A stretch of DNA of 64,000 nucleotides from Guillardia theta CCMP2712 (lineage: Eukaryota > Protista > Cryptophyta): positions 91,719 through 155,718 of the forward strand of contig NW_005434620.1 of assembly GCF_000315625.1 (NCBI RefSeq), written 5' to 3'. Position numbers and translations under genes: made by a program. Below the pieces are notes generated by a model. The model worked only from the letters and a program-made list of their open reading frames with translations, was not told the origin of the DNA and made no database searches. Shown here piece after piece: positions 25,967 to 39,562 of the stretch (the first letter of the stretch is position 1; every line of letters starts with the position of its first letter).

Positions 25967-26474
25967 GGTCGCCAGCAATTTCAACTCGACTTCGGGTCAA
26001 ATTTGAAATCCAACCCAAGAAATGTTGCAGAGGACCAGAATTCCTGCCACCAAGAGTCAAATCCAACGGAAAATAACCGCCGTCCCATCACTGAAAGTGG
26101 GCCGGGCCGGTGAGTCGCCGCTCACCTGCATCGGCCCGTGACACCGGCGGAGTCCTGGACTCGGGAGTCGAACTCCGTGAGGCCCCGGGGCCCGGACCGT
26201 ACCGGGGGTTGCCCCTGCCCCTGTCGCTCACCTTCCGCGGGCACTGTCATCAACTCTTTACTCAAAGTTATCAGCTCAGGATGATCAGAACTTCGGAAAA
26301 AGGGCCAGAGACCCTTTGAGTCTCCTGGTCTCCGATCACCTCGGACACTCCGCCGGGCTCGAAACTATGATTATGGTCGGCGAGCCTCCGAGTCAGTTGT
26401 GAGGTTCACGGCCAACATTTGACCTTTTTCTTTCACTTCACGATTCGATTCGATTCAAACTCCACCCTTCGGCA

Positions 26475-28451
26475 ATGCTAAGCGCTGAGGAGCGCATGCT
26501 CGCAGCCGTAGCGCGGGCTCGAGGGGGAGGACGAGGAGGAGGACGAGGACGAGGAGCAGGAGCAGGAGGAGCAGGAGGAGCAGGAGGAGCAGGAGGAGCA
26601 GGAGGAGCAGGAGTGCTATTAGAGCTTATCACAAGGCATGATGGTTCAAAACGCCAGGCATGGAGAGTAGGGGGACCACCAGATCCAGTGTCAGAGCTTG
26701 CGACGCTATCGGGATATGCTGGTGCGTTCAGCTCCGAGCAAGAGAAGCGTCAAGAAGAAATCACAGCAGGGGATAGAAGAAGCGTCAGGGAGGAGATTTT
26801 GCTGTCCCGTCAAGCTACACGCTCGCAGATTGTCGACGGGAGGAGTTTGAATCACATGGAACCCAAGGATGCGTCAGCCATGTGCTCTAGTAGCTCTGGT
26901 ATGGTTCCTGACTCTCGGCCACGACCTGTGACAACAACAAGTGAACCTGCGGAGGTTCCGCCTTCCTCTCACGTGGGCGTTGGGCTGAAGTTACGGCAAA
27001 GGGGCTCACAATTCGAAATCCTCGAAATTGTTTATGATTCTCCCGCATGGAAGTCATCGCTGGCTATAGGAGACAAGATCGTAGACTTTGATGGCTCCCT
27101 TTGCGCACGTCTCAGGTCTGGTGCAGGTGAGCGTCGATGGATTTCCTGTCGAGAACTTGAGCTTGTCCGAGGTACCTGCTTGCTTGACTGCTAACGGTCT
27201 GAGATCCCCTCAAAGGTGGTCAGGAGGATCATGGGCCCTGAAGGCTCCACTGTGACTTTGACGACTGATACAGCAACTCTCGCACTGAGAAGGAGCAAGG
27301 TGACGATACTCCTCAGATCCTCTCCGAACCTGAGCAACGCCGCAGCCTACCTCGACAGCTCTGTCCTCGATGGCCAGGCAGCTAAACAAAGCTGAACACG
27401 CATCTTCTCACGCTCCTTCATCGTTGCGATACCAGGCGATGAGAGGAAGAAAGATAGAAGCTCATGCCTCCTGACATGCTTCTGCTGCAGGTCAATCTCG
27501 GTATCAAGGATCGGTCCGAGCCTGTCAATCCTCCTGGCGCTGCTCCGGTCAGTGACGGGGCTACCTCGACCATCCGTGCCAAGCTGCTTGAGGAGTGGAA
27601 CACCATCAAGTTTGGATCGAGCTATGCCCCGGCTGCTCGGGAATCCAGTCAGAGACAGCAGCTGCCCAGCATGGCCTCCACATCCATGAAGGACAACCTC
27701 GCCTCCTCCAGCTCGCATTCCAGCCTGGCACCATCGCTCAGCAAGGAGGCGCAACCGCAGGAGGCGCAAGGGGGCCCAGCAAGGAGCCTGTCCAGTGGTG
27801 ATCGGAACCCACGCGTGGACCAGGAGGAGGTGGAAGAGTCGTTTGTGAGGAACCTGGAGAACTACCAGCAGCGGATCGAGGAAGCTCACAGCTCCTCCGG
27901 GTCCAGGGATATCCTGCAAGTCCCGCAGGAATACCCCGGGCGGGGAGTCCGCGTGCTGGATGAGACCAAGATGAAGGAGGAGCTGCCGGGGCAGAACCTC
28001 GGACGTCCGACTGTACCGAGCAAGGGGCAGGTCGATGATCGAGAGGGTGAGGAGGAGGGCGATGACGTGACCCTGCAGGGGCTAGTCTCCTCTCAGCAGG
28101 AGAGCTGGGAAGAGGTTGGAAGGAAGAAGCGGGAGGCCTACAGCCGGGGGGTGGAGGTGAAGCAGCTGCTGGAGGGGGATGAAATGGACGTGGCAGAGGA
28201 CGTGTCAGACTCGCAGGGGCTGGCGAAACTCTTGGCTTCCATCGAGCAGATGCATCGCAACGTGACCAAGAAGGCTCTCGACACATTCCTGCGCCTCTAC
28301 GAGGAAGATGATCTGAAGAGCATCAAAGTCGCTCTCGAGCACATCCGTGAGGCTCATGACGGCATCCGCGCCATGGCGATCGAAGCGCTCGAGGCTCTTG
28401 CAGTGACACCTGGGATCAGGTGAACAATCTTCATCCTCCTCTCCTCTTACA

Positions 28452-28500
<49 letters not shown>

Positions 28501-31253
28501 TTCCTCATGCTCTTCCTCCTCGTTTTCCTCTTATTCAATCCCGTTGTTTGTCCTCTTCCTCGTCCTCACTGTCGCCCATCGGTTTAACTTTGCTCCCCTC
28601 TCCCCTCCCTGCCTTTTCCCCACACTTATGAATGTGTCGGCAGGGCGGCAGTGGCAAGCGTGCTGGCAGAGATCGAAGAGAACTTTTCGTTCATCAAGAA
28701 TGCGGCTAAGCAAGTCATGAAAGGAGACGTTTCTTTCCTCTTGAAGTACCAAGAGAGCAAACATACGGCCGTGAGCTCCTCGGAGTCCAGCTGGACAGAC
28801 TCAGGTTCACGCGGCGTTCTCAGCTCTCTTGTGCTCGAGTGCGTGACTCCCTGACGATGGCAGAGTCCGAGGAGGAGAGCCAGGCCGGAGAGCAACGTGC
28901 TCCTGCTCTGCATGACAAACAGGAGGGGGAGGACGGTCGGCTCGACGATGCTGAGCGGCATGTCCTGGGGAGGAGGAGACTTGGGTTGATGTGGCAGCAG
29001 GTTCAAGCGAGACTTCGATAGCCTCCAGTATCTTCGCAGCGAGACGAACAAGCCGACGGACATGGCGCAGGAGCTCAAGAACGCGGCGATCGTGAGCGAG
29101 ATGAGGAGGGAGAGGAGGGTCTGATGTCAGCAAGCAGATCTTTCCCTTCCTCAAGCTGCTCGAGTCTGAGCTGGATAAAGAGCAACACATCGATGTGCGG
29201 GGGATGCAGGGGCTGCTGGACGTGAACGTGGAGAAGCTCGGGCTCGACCGCGACTATGCGGGGGACATGATGGTAGGTGACTCCTCAGCTCCCCTCCAGC
29301 TGCTGACGTGGCAACCCCGCAGATGCTCTCCAAGGTCTCGTTCGCCAACCCCACCAGGATCGCTCGAGCTGGGCTCGACGGGCACCAGAGCATCAGCTTC
29401 TGTGCTTGGCAGCAGAGCTGCTCGCATGCTCACATCCTCCCCGTCTACTTCGCGGGGGGCCCGGACCTCTTCTTCGTGCCCCGCATGCCCCTCGTGCTCG
29501 CTCAGGCCTACATCGACGAGCACTCGGCCGTCAGCGACCGCATCCAGCGCGAGCTGATCGTCCTGCAGGTGGGCTTGCAGACCGCCTGGGCTCTAGAGCA
29601 TCTTCACGGGGAGGGTATCCTCCACCTCGACGTGAACCCCAGCAACGTCGTCGTCAGGTCTCACGCCGTCTTCGACACCGACGGAAGAGTCTCCACCCGC
29701 CATGGCTCCGTGACCTTCGGCACCCCCAAGACTCCAGGAGGTTCTCAGCTGCACACGCGGCCCTTCCACTACATCCACGCGATGCTGGCTGACTTCTCCC
29801 TCACCTCTCGCTCGCGCGACTCTCACACGACCATCGACGCCTTCGCGTACAAGGACATCTCCAAGCAGCCCGACAAGACCGGAGGCTCTCCCCAGTACTG
29901 GGCCCCCGAGCAGATTCTGCCCGGCTACTCCTTCTGGGGCAAGATCGCCTCCCCGCGCGACTGCCCGATCCACATCGAGGCTCCGATCATGGACTACGTG
30001 GACAGCTGGGGGTGGGCGGCGACGATGGTGAGGCTGCTGGGCTGCACGCGGCTCATGTGGGACATCGGGTACAGCGCCTTCGCCGAGTGGCTGAGGAGCG
30101 ACGAGTCGCTGGAGCGCATGCCCATGGGCCTTGGTTACCTCCTCGCCGACTGCCTCAAGATTCAGCCCTCCTCTCGCCCGTCCTGCGCCAAGGTCTCTCA
30201 CAGGATGATGGAGCTGCTGGAGATCCTCACCAAGTCAGCTGGGTACAACGTGGAGAAGTTCCACGCTGTGCTGGAGCCCAAGGCCATGATCCCCTTCGCC
30301 CGCTCCCAGCAGTACGTCACGTCCCTCCTTCTCGACAAGACCGACCCGCAGACCCGCGGCTCCTGCACCCTCCTCGCAAAGCTCCTGCGCATCTTCGGGC
30401 CCTTTGACGAGGCTCTCACGATCACTCTCGATGCCCTTGAGATGAAGAAGATGAGCATGACGGCCGGGAGGAACGACTCGCAGGCCCCAGCAGACGCCGA
30501 GCTGGCGCGTTACCTCGCAGCTGCAGGCTCAGCTCACTCCAAGGTAGGAAACCTCGAGCAGGCCGCGAACTTCTACGAGGAGGCTCTGGAGGTCTACCAC
30601 CGGTCGCTCGTGCCCAATCATCCCTCCATCGCCGCCTTGCTCAACAACTTCGGCGTGCTGTATGAGCACATGGGCGAGTACGACAGAGCTATGGAGATGC
30701 ATGAGAAGGCGCTGGGGATGCGGCAGGAGGTGCTGGGGGAGTGGAACACGGACGTGTCGGTCTCCCTCAACAACCTCGCGATCCTCCACAGGCGGTTGGG
30801 CAACTACAAGCAGGCGCTGCCGCTCTACGAGAGGAGCTTGGCGATCCGCCAGCGGTCGCTGGGGGAGACGCACGTGGCAGTCGCAGTCTCGTTGAACAAC
30901 CTCGGCCAGTGCTATCGGCACATGGGAGAACCGCTCAAGGCTCTGCCGATGCACGAGCAGGTAAGATGCAGCTCCTAGCGGGTCAAGGACAAGCCTGATG
31001 CCCCACAGGCTCTCAAGATCTTCGAACAAGCTCTGGGTGCAAACCATCCCAACGTCACAGCAGGTCCCTTCATTCCGAGCTCTTTTCCTCGGTTCTCATT
31101 CTTGTACAGCCTTGAACAACCTCGTCTCTCTCCTGGAGCAGGTAACTCTCGCCCTATACTCTACCTCTGTTGCTGACTTGCCTCCTTCAGCTCGGCCGCT
31201 ACGACGAGGCTCTTCCTCTATACGAGCGACGCTTGGCCGTCGACACAGACTAA
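26475..31253 (+). CDS. PDZ + helical region + protein kinase + kinesin-light-chain-type TPR repeat protein
   Basis: PDZ: VGVGLKL..SPAWKSSLAIGDKIVDFDG..MGPEGSTVTL. Kinase: HLHGEGILHLDVNPSNV, LADFSL, GGSPQYWAPEQ, DSWGW, CLKIQPSSRP. TPRs: LNNLAILHRRLGNYKQALPLYERSLAI. Last exon ends RRLAVDTD*. Confidence 0.8.
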
Positions 31254-31365
31254 CGCAAACCAGGATAGCCGCTCACAGTCTGAAGTCTTTAGTGTCTTGT
31301 CATGAACTTGTAATGAAGATTTTACATGCCAACGGTCTAGCAAAAGGGCATAGGATGCTTTTCGC

Positions 31366-34300
31366 TTACTCATGGTGGTTATACATTTCATGCTGATGGA
31401 TTCGACTGTATCTGGACGCATCTCTTTCAACCCTACCGATCGTGTCAGAGCTCGGAGTTCACCATGAAGAAAATGACAAACCGCATGTAATGTGTCGTCC
31501 CCGTCTTGAAGGCCAAGTTTTCTATGAACTCCATGTCGTGCGAGATCACAATCAGCTGAAATGTGTCTGACTCCGCCTTTCGTTCATTCACCAGCCGTGA
31601 AAGGGCATCAGTGAATCCCTCTATATTCCTGAAGGACGGGTCAGCACAGGACTAGCGTCTCGGTCAAAACTTCAGTGCTTCTTTCAGCTCACTTTGCGTC
31701 TAGGTTCGATGTTGGCTCATCCAACGCTAGGATCCTGCGATCAATTCAGAGGGGTCTTTGAGAGACGATCTGCAAATACCCGCAGTTGTGACAGAATGTT
31801 TCTGCAAGTGCAAGCCTGACGACCAAGGAGGCTAAGACCTGTTCTGTATATCAGAGAGCTGTGATCTTCTATGATCAGTGGACACCTTCTGTCCTGCAGA
31901 ACACCTTCCGCGCATATCCAGCTCAACAGCATCTAGACATTTCATGACCTTGACAATTTGAATGAGTGGCACATTAAAACATATCAACCTATACCAGGCG
32001 ATAGTTGTGAGTCCGGCGATTGTTGGATTCGTCGACATCCGTTTTGATTTCGATGTAAGCGATATCATCGCCCCGATAGGTATTCTGTCGAAAGCTTACA
32101 ATTTGATAAGGAGATTGGTATTCTGACCTGCCAGAACTCTTTCAAAGACTGATTGATCTGCTCCATCTGACGAAGCAAGACTCAACTTAAAACTAATTAC
32201 CAATTGGTGGGACTTCACCTTTAACGTGTGAAACTTGACAAGAGCTCTGTCTAATGCTTTGTAGCTCTTGTCTAAGTCTTGTTCAGCGATTCTTTTCGCA
32301 TTAAGCTTCACAAGCTCCAAAGCATAAATCTTATCGATATCTTGGTATTCACTTTTACGTAGTTCTGACTCGCATCCCCGTATTCCCTCGGCATCCCGTT
32401 CCTGCGAAGCATTTGAATTTCCCGATTCGTCATTAGTTGGAAACAAACCAAAGATCCACGGATTTGATTTATTGTGGCTTTGATGCCATCCACTCTTTGG
32501 ATCAACTCTTTTTGTTTCTATCAGCATTTTCTGTTATATGAACACTAATCTGCAAGCAAAAGTACTCGTTTTAGGTCTTGGATTTTGCTTGCGCTCGGGA
32601 TCTCTTTTCGAATAGCAGCAATATCCCGATGGCATTGCTCACAATCGCTTTCACATTTTTTGAACTTCAAAAAGGCTTCGATGGACCTGAAAGACTTTGA
32701 GATAAGCAGCCTTGATATAACATTCATCACCAAATCATTTCTTGCATGTTTCTGTCTGATTCCTGGTTTCCTTTATCGATGCTAATCTCGCTTAACCTGC
32801 TCTCATATTCCTGATACGAGTGAGGTCGACATCACATGGTTGATTCATTTCTTACCTTCTGCTTTTTCTCTTCCTCTTTAATTCTTCCTTCCACATCACG
32901 AATTGCCTTGTCTAGCGAGCTTCTCGAAGAATTATATATTTCTGAGTCGAACGATTTCAACTGGAATAATTTCTCCTTCATCGAGTGAAGCTGGGAAAGG
33001 AATTATTCGAACGGAATTTGAAAGGATGCAGGCTACCTTAGAATCGTTCTCGTTTTGAAGAGAATCAATTTCTTTTTGTAAGTTCTTTTTTTCTGCTTCC
33101 TTTTCAGAAAGCAATTTTTCATCGTGCACTTGATCTTTTTGTGCCTTCTGGATTTCTATGATGGCGTTTTCCTTTTGTTTCTTGAACCCTTCGAGTTCAC
33201 GTTGATTTTGTAACTTTGTCTGATCGAATTTTTCCTTTTCACTTGAGAATAACGATACTTTCTTCTGCAAAGAATTCTCTTTCTCTTGGCACACCTCTCT
33301 CTCTTTGAATAGAGCATCTATCTTTGTGTCCAATTCGATACAAGCATCTTGTAATTCTTTCTTTCTGGCAATCAAGCTTTCATATGAAGAATTTTGACCA
33401 TCATCCTGAGCAGTATCGGAGACCTTGGAATCCGAAAGTTCTGATTTCATTCTTGCAAGAGACTTAAGATCCATCTCATCCAATATACTTGTCAATTGAT
33501 TTACCTTCTCATCATGCTCCTCTGCCTCTTGTTTGCGCTTTGTCAATGCTTCTTGGGAGTCGATGGCAGAAGCTTTGATTGCAGAAAGTTCCTCCGCTTC
33601 TTTTGACTTCTCCAAAAGCTGAGCCTCAAGTCCTTTCAGTTCTTGCCGAAGCTCGCATGCATGCGCGACATGTCCGATCTTTTTGTCCACTTCCATGATT
33701 TGCTCTTCGAGTTTTTTCAAGACTTCGGGTGTGACATCTGCCTGTAGCGATGCGCATTTTGATTTTATCTTTTCCAGCTGTCTCTCCGATTCCACCTGTT
33801 TTGCACAAATTGGACATTTATGATGTTCAGAAGCAAATTTTTCAAAAGTTTCAACCAAAGATTTCAGGCTCCTATTTGCAACACACTGCTGATTTAGAAT
33901 TTCCTTATCATTGTTCAAACTTTTGGTCAATCTTTCTAGGTTCGCATCAACGTCCGAACCTAGCATGGATTCTCGGGTTGCTCCTCCCTTGACAGCAGAT
34001 TCTTGAGATCGATTTCTTAGGTCTTCACAACTCTTTTTGAGCTCATCCATTTCTGAACTGACTTTGCGAAGATTAGAATCTGAAGTTTCCAGAGTTTGTT
34101 GATGTTGAAACATCTCATTTTTGATTCTGTCCATGTTCCGTCTACTTTCTTGGGACAATGTCGCGATGTCGTTTGCATTTTGCAGGGATTCCAGGTCGGG
34201 GCGAAACTTCATTATTTCTTGAAATTTTCTATCATTTTGGGCAAGTATTTCATTGGCTTTTGCAAGACGCGATTCGTAATCTCGTTGCTTATGTTTCCAG

Positions 34301-35916
34301 GATATGTATTCGTCATGTTCGCATCTCCTCCTATTCAGTTCAGCTTCAATTTGTTCCATTTCAAGCTTCTTGTTCTCTTTCTCACCCCTAAATTCATCAA
34401 TCCTCCTTGTAAACCGTTCTTGGCCACCTGATTCCTTGAGTTCATCCAATTCTTGCTGAACTTTCGTGATTTCAACCTCCCGTTCTTCCCACATTTTGTC
34501 ATTGGAAGAGAGAAGAGATTGCTTTTCGTTCAGGATTTTGATTTGTTTTTCAGCATCATCCATTACCTCTTTCTTTCTATCCTGAAGATCTGCATTCGAT
34601 TTTGTTTTGTACTGAAGATGACTGATAATCTTGTGACACTCCAAGAAGTAAGCCTTTTTCTTTTCCAGATCTATCTGATGCTGACTTTGTTGTGCATTGA
34701 TAGCATCTCCAAATACACGAGAAAACGACGATTCTATACTAATCCCCACTTCATTCACATCTGTTTTGTCAAGTGAATATTCACTTGCGATATCCTTACA
34801 GAATTTGAGCCTTTCCTCTTTTTTCGTTTCCAGGAGTTGCTTGTCTCTAATGAGATTGCTTTTGTCATTCTTGAGCCGTGAAATATTCTCCTGACAGTCA
34901 TTCAACTTGCCTTTCACATCGTTCTCTTCGTTTACAAGATTTTCGAAAGATTCTTGACAATCGCGGTCTTGGACCTTCAAATCTGCCAAGAGCGATTCCA
35001 ATGTATTCACATCCTCGGTAAATTCCTGTTTCACGTCTGCTTCTGCTTGGGCTTTGAATTTTTCAAGAGTCTCAAGCCTTCCTTCCAAGCTTTTCACTTG
35101 AGTTTCTTTGTCAGCGTATTCATCAATCGTATTGGACAAATTTTGCAGCTCTTGTTCAGCGTTCTTGCAGTTCTTTTCATGCATTTCAATCTGTCTTTTC
35201 CCCTCTTCACTCCTTTGCTGATAATTTTGAAGATTTTCTCGTTGTTGCTTTGCATGATCTCTGTTTGTCCGTAACCTGTTGACTCTTTCGTGAATTTCTT
35301 TCAATTCAGTTTTTGTTTCCTGCTGGGTCTTCCTAATTGATTCAAGCGCCTTCGCATATTTTGTCGAAGCAAATATCGCATCGAATTTCTCTTTGATGGA
35401 CCTTGAATCCCCAAGAATCCAGTTCGACTCTTCCTGATGACAGAATATGACATGTTGCAACAGTGCTTTTGTCACACCCATCATTATGGGGACAACATTG
35501 TCATCGCCACATTTTCTGTTCATGGACTCAGCTTCCTTGTTGGCACTCTTGATTTCAATTTCGCTGCTCACTTTCCTGTACTGCTGCTTTTGTTCCGACT
35601 TGTTGGCAAGCTCAAAAGTCTGCTTGACTGTTACTTGCTCTCCGTTGAGACGAGAGAATCGCATTCGAATCAGAGACGAGGTCTTGGTCCTGTTCGACGC
35701 TCTGGGGTCGTGGATGAAGGATTGTCCGGAAGATGCATGGGGGGGAAGCGCCCCGGATGTGATCATTCGCAAGCATTCGATGATGGTAGTTTTCCCACTT
35801 CCATTCTTTCCCAGAATCAGAGTGAGAGGGCATCCGAATTGAATTGTCTGCTTATCACGGTCATCTGGTCCGTATGACCTGATTCCTTGAATGAGGAGCT
35901 TGTCTACTGTCGTCAT
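31366..35916 (-). CDS. RAD50: DNA repair ATPase RAD50
   Basis: KLLIQGIRSY; Walker A GKNGSGKTT; IFCHQEESNW; zinc hook CPIC; signature DMRGRCSAGQK; Walker B LALDEPTSNLD; QLIVISHD. Confidence 0.97.
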
Positions 35917-36344
35917 TCAACGGGTTCGCAAGAAAACCTGTTCTGTTCTTCTCTTACCCTTCTTTCCTTGTTCTGTTCTTCTCTTACCAATTCTTTCCTT
36001 CTTCCTTGCTCGCTTGCTGCCTTCCTCGCCCTGGGTGGTGCGGCTTTCTCAGCAACTCCTGGTCGCAAAGGGGGGTAGGGTGCTACACCCCATCCGTTCC
36101 CTCTCATGACCCACCCTACCGAAGGACAATGCGATTGGTTGATCTACCCCATCTCTTGGTACATCTTATTACTACCCCTACCATCAATTTTATATCAAAT
36201 CTCCAAGTTTTCCACCCGAACCACCGTGTTGTCTACCACCCCTTCACATCGATCGAGATAAACCACCCCCATAAGAATCCCCACCCTTCAATTCTCTGAC
36301 CCCCTCTTCTCACGCATACGGTAGTACCCGCAGTTGTTTCTCAA

Positions 36345-36353
36345 TTTCCCGCC
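36345..36353 (+). promoter_or_regulatory. Candidate E2F/DP site TTTCCCGCC
   Basis: Exact match to the E2F consensus, ~430 bp upstream of the RAD50 ATG, in a divergent intergenic region. Confidence 0.45.
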
Positions 36354-37099
36354 AAATTCGAGGTTTGTGGTTCTCGGACCTCCGGCGAAAAGCGAACTTG
36401 CTACTACTGCAGTGCGGGCCGGGCCGGTGGCGTCGCCGGCCGGGTCACCAGGACGGCACGGCCCTCAGGGCTCCGGGCCCGGGGGCGGCCCGGCACTGTC
36501 CGACCGGGCCCGGCCCGGGCTCCGGGCCCGCTCACTCACTGTCAGTTATGGTATTAGTAAAAAGCCGTGAGATGGTAGGTTGGCCGGGCATGAAAGAATA
36601 TTTTCAAATTTGGTTCTAAACTTTTAATTTTCTGCAGAGATAATTTAAACATATTCAAAAGACACGGCGAATCGGAAAAGCTCGTGTTCACGGGAGAGAA
36701 AAACTCGCCCCCAAGCCCGCCTCCTCTTGACAACCCCCGGGCCCTGCAACCTTGCTTCGAGGCATGCAGGCGCCAACAGCGGCCATCGGGGACGTGAGGA
36801 AAGCAAGGAGAAGTCGACACTTGCGCATGGAGAGAAGAGGAAGAGGCCCAGGAGTGTGTCAGAGATCAACAAGTGATCGAGAGAGCAAACATCTTCAAAT
36901 AAGGAAGGAAAAAAAATTAACAACAGAAGAGTGAACGCAGATGCAAGCAGAGTCTTGACCATTCTTGATCCAACAAGCTGAGCCAATAAGATCGCTACTA
37001 CGCTAGACAGTACCCTGCCAACCCGACAATTTTCCTCGTTGAAACCGCAGAAGCAAAGATAGAAGGCGCATTATAGTTCATTTGCAGCAGATTGCAAGT

Positions 37100-37594
37100 A
37101 TGGATGAATTGTACAACATGCACAGGACCGGAGGCTCCGTGACCGTCACGCCCAAGCGATCGGCTGACGGCAGGAGCGTCTATGACGTCCAGCTTGACCT
37201 GGCCATCGTCGAGCCTCTCTTCCACATGCGTCAGGAGGACGCGGCCAAGTTCTTGGTAAGCACACATGTTGCTATGCTTGCTTCTTGTCGAGTCCGCCTT
37301 GATGCGCGCGTGCTCTCAACCCGACCATGGCAGGGCATCTCCTTGACGAGCCTGAAGAAAGCCTGTCGCACCCTCGGCATCCAGCGATGGCCGTACGCGC
37401 GCATGCGCGACAGGACGCGAGCAACCCGGCCCAGGCGGCAGGAGAAGCGCGGGATGACTGAGGCCCCGGAGGAGGAGCACGGGGGAGCGACGAAGGTCAT
37501 CGAGGGTGATGAGAAAGACGACGACAACAAGAACGATGGAGGAGGAGGTAAGGAGGAGGAGGAGGAGGAGGAGGAGGGCCAGGAGGGAGCCAAT

Positions 37595-37656
<62 letters not shown>

Positions 37657-38245
37657 AGACGAGGAGCTGGATGGGGAGCAGGAGAACGGCCTGGAGGGCA
37701 AAGCAGAAGGGAACAGGAAAGCAGTGGTGGTCGCCAAGTACAAGGCATTGGATCTGGAAAGCAAAGTCACAAAGATGAAAAATAATGTCACGTCCGCTGG
37801 CGAGGGGGAAGGAAACGTCAAACAAGAAGAGGAATCTGAGAATGCAGAGGGGCAGGCGACAATGGCGACGACGAGCAGCAGCAGCACTGGGCCCAGCACT
37901 CCCGGCGCCAGGCAACGGCAGCCCACGCATGACCTACAGGGCCCTGCCCCTCCAAGTCTCATGCCGCCTGCACCGCCCCCCGCCTCTCTTCCGAGCTCAC
38001 AATCCAGCTCCGAGGTCAGCGCCAACGAGTCGTCAAGCAGCAGGACAGGCGACGCGGCGAGCAACGCACGTCGGAGCAGGGGGGTGACGAGGTCGCGGGA
38101 GTCGATCGACAACAAGTGGCTGGACTGGTACTTGTCATGCGAGAAAGGCTTCAAGGCTTGTGACCGGGTGAGCGGCACTCACGGTGCGGCAGGCAGCCCG
38201 GTCCGACCCGGCCCAGTGACCTCAATTCGGAGCCTAGTACTGTAA
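37100..38245 (+). CDS. RWP-RK domain transcription factor, copy 1 (5' exons uncertain; unique insert and 3' end)
   Basis: LAIVEPLFHMRQEDAAKFL | intron 37256-37333 | GISLTSLKKACRTLGIQRWPYAR, followed by an acidic tail. Confidence 0.85.
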
Positions 38246-38925
38246 ATCTCACCGGGAGGCCGGGCTTGACTCTGACACTGTCGCATAGGCCACTGGCACA
38301 TGGCGTTGACCGTCGACTCACTGAGAAGAGAAGAACTTCGGAACTTGGAAGGGCAGGCTTCGGAAAGCGACACAGTGAGAACCACAAGAGTCTGTGACTT
38401 TCAAGTTTCAATCATCCGGCGGCACTCACAGTGAGGCCGAGAGTCACTCGGATCACCGTTGGCGACAGTGATCGATTATCCTCGTACTGATTTTTAACTT
38501 AACTTTGCGTAAACTGAGAGATCGACCGTCCGATCGGATCCGACCCGCGGGCCACCGTAGAGTCGGTGGCACAGTCCGATCCGGGGCCCGGGGACGGTCA
38601 CCGCCGGGGCGAGGCCAGGGCCGCCGGCCCGCTGTAGTACAAATGTCTTATTATTGCCCCCACGCTTTCGGAAATTATTTACCCCCAGTTTCAGGCAAAA
38701 AGGTCAAGACTACCCGTCCTTTCATACTTCGAGGTAGGGGTCAATAATATGGGGTAGGGGGTCATCGAAGCGGGGGTGAGTTGTTTTTCATGGCCTTTCA
38801 CTCCTCACCTGTCTCTTCGCCTCCTGCGCTTCCTCCGCGTGCCCCCATCCCGTCCTCACACTTTGTTCCTTCAGTCTCTGCTCCTGCCTCAGCTCCTCCT
38901 CATTTCTTTCTCACTGATACCCTCC

Positions 38926-39562
38926 ATTGTGATTTTCTTACCCGTTCCCCCTCTTCAACCCGGAGCTTCTGTTAGATTGCTTTCCAACTTTGTTTCGATG
39001 ACCAATACCGAGTTTTCCTGCATCACCTCTACCTCAACCCTGTACTATTTTTCAATGTCGTGCAGAGTGAGCTTCAAGCTTGATGTGAAGGTTCAGGTTC
39101 ATTGCTGCCTTTTTAGGATTGATTTTCTTACCCGTTCCCCCACTTTCAACCCGGATCTTCTGTTAGATTGCTTTCCAAGTGAATTGTTTTGATTACCAAT
39201 TGTACCAATACCGAGTTTTCCTGCATCACCTCTACCTCAACCCTGTACTATTTTTCAATGTCGTGCAGAGTGAGCTTCAAGCTTGATGTGAAGGTTCAGG
39301 TTCATTGCTGCCTTTTTAGGATTGATTTTCTTACCCGTTCCCCCTCTTCAACCCGGATCTTCTGGTTAAACCCTTAGACTGCATTAACTTAATGTATCTT
39401 CTGTTAGATTGCTTTCCAAGTGAATTGTTTTGATTACCAATTGTACCAATACCGAGTTTTCCTGCATCACCTCTACCTCAACCCTGTACTATTTTTCAAT
39501 GTCGTGCAGAGTGAGCTTCAAGCTTGATGTGAAGGTTCAGGTTCATTGCTGCCTTTTTAGGA
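38926..39562. repeat. Tandem triplication of a ~190-240-bp unit
   Basis: TGATTTTCTTACCCGTTCCCC...ACCAATACCGAGTTTTCCTGCATCACC...TGCCTTTTTAGGA occurs three times, with a near-identical core. Confidence 0.95.
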
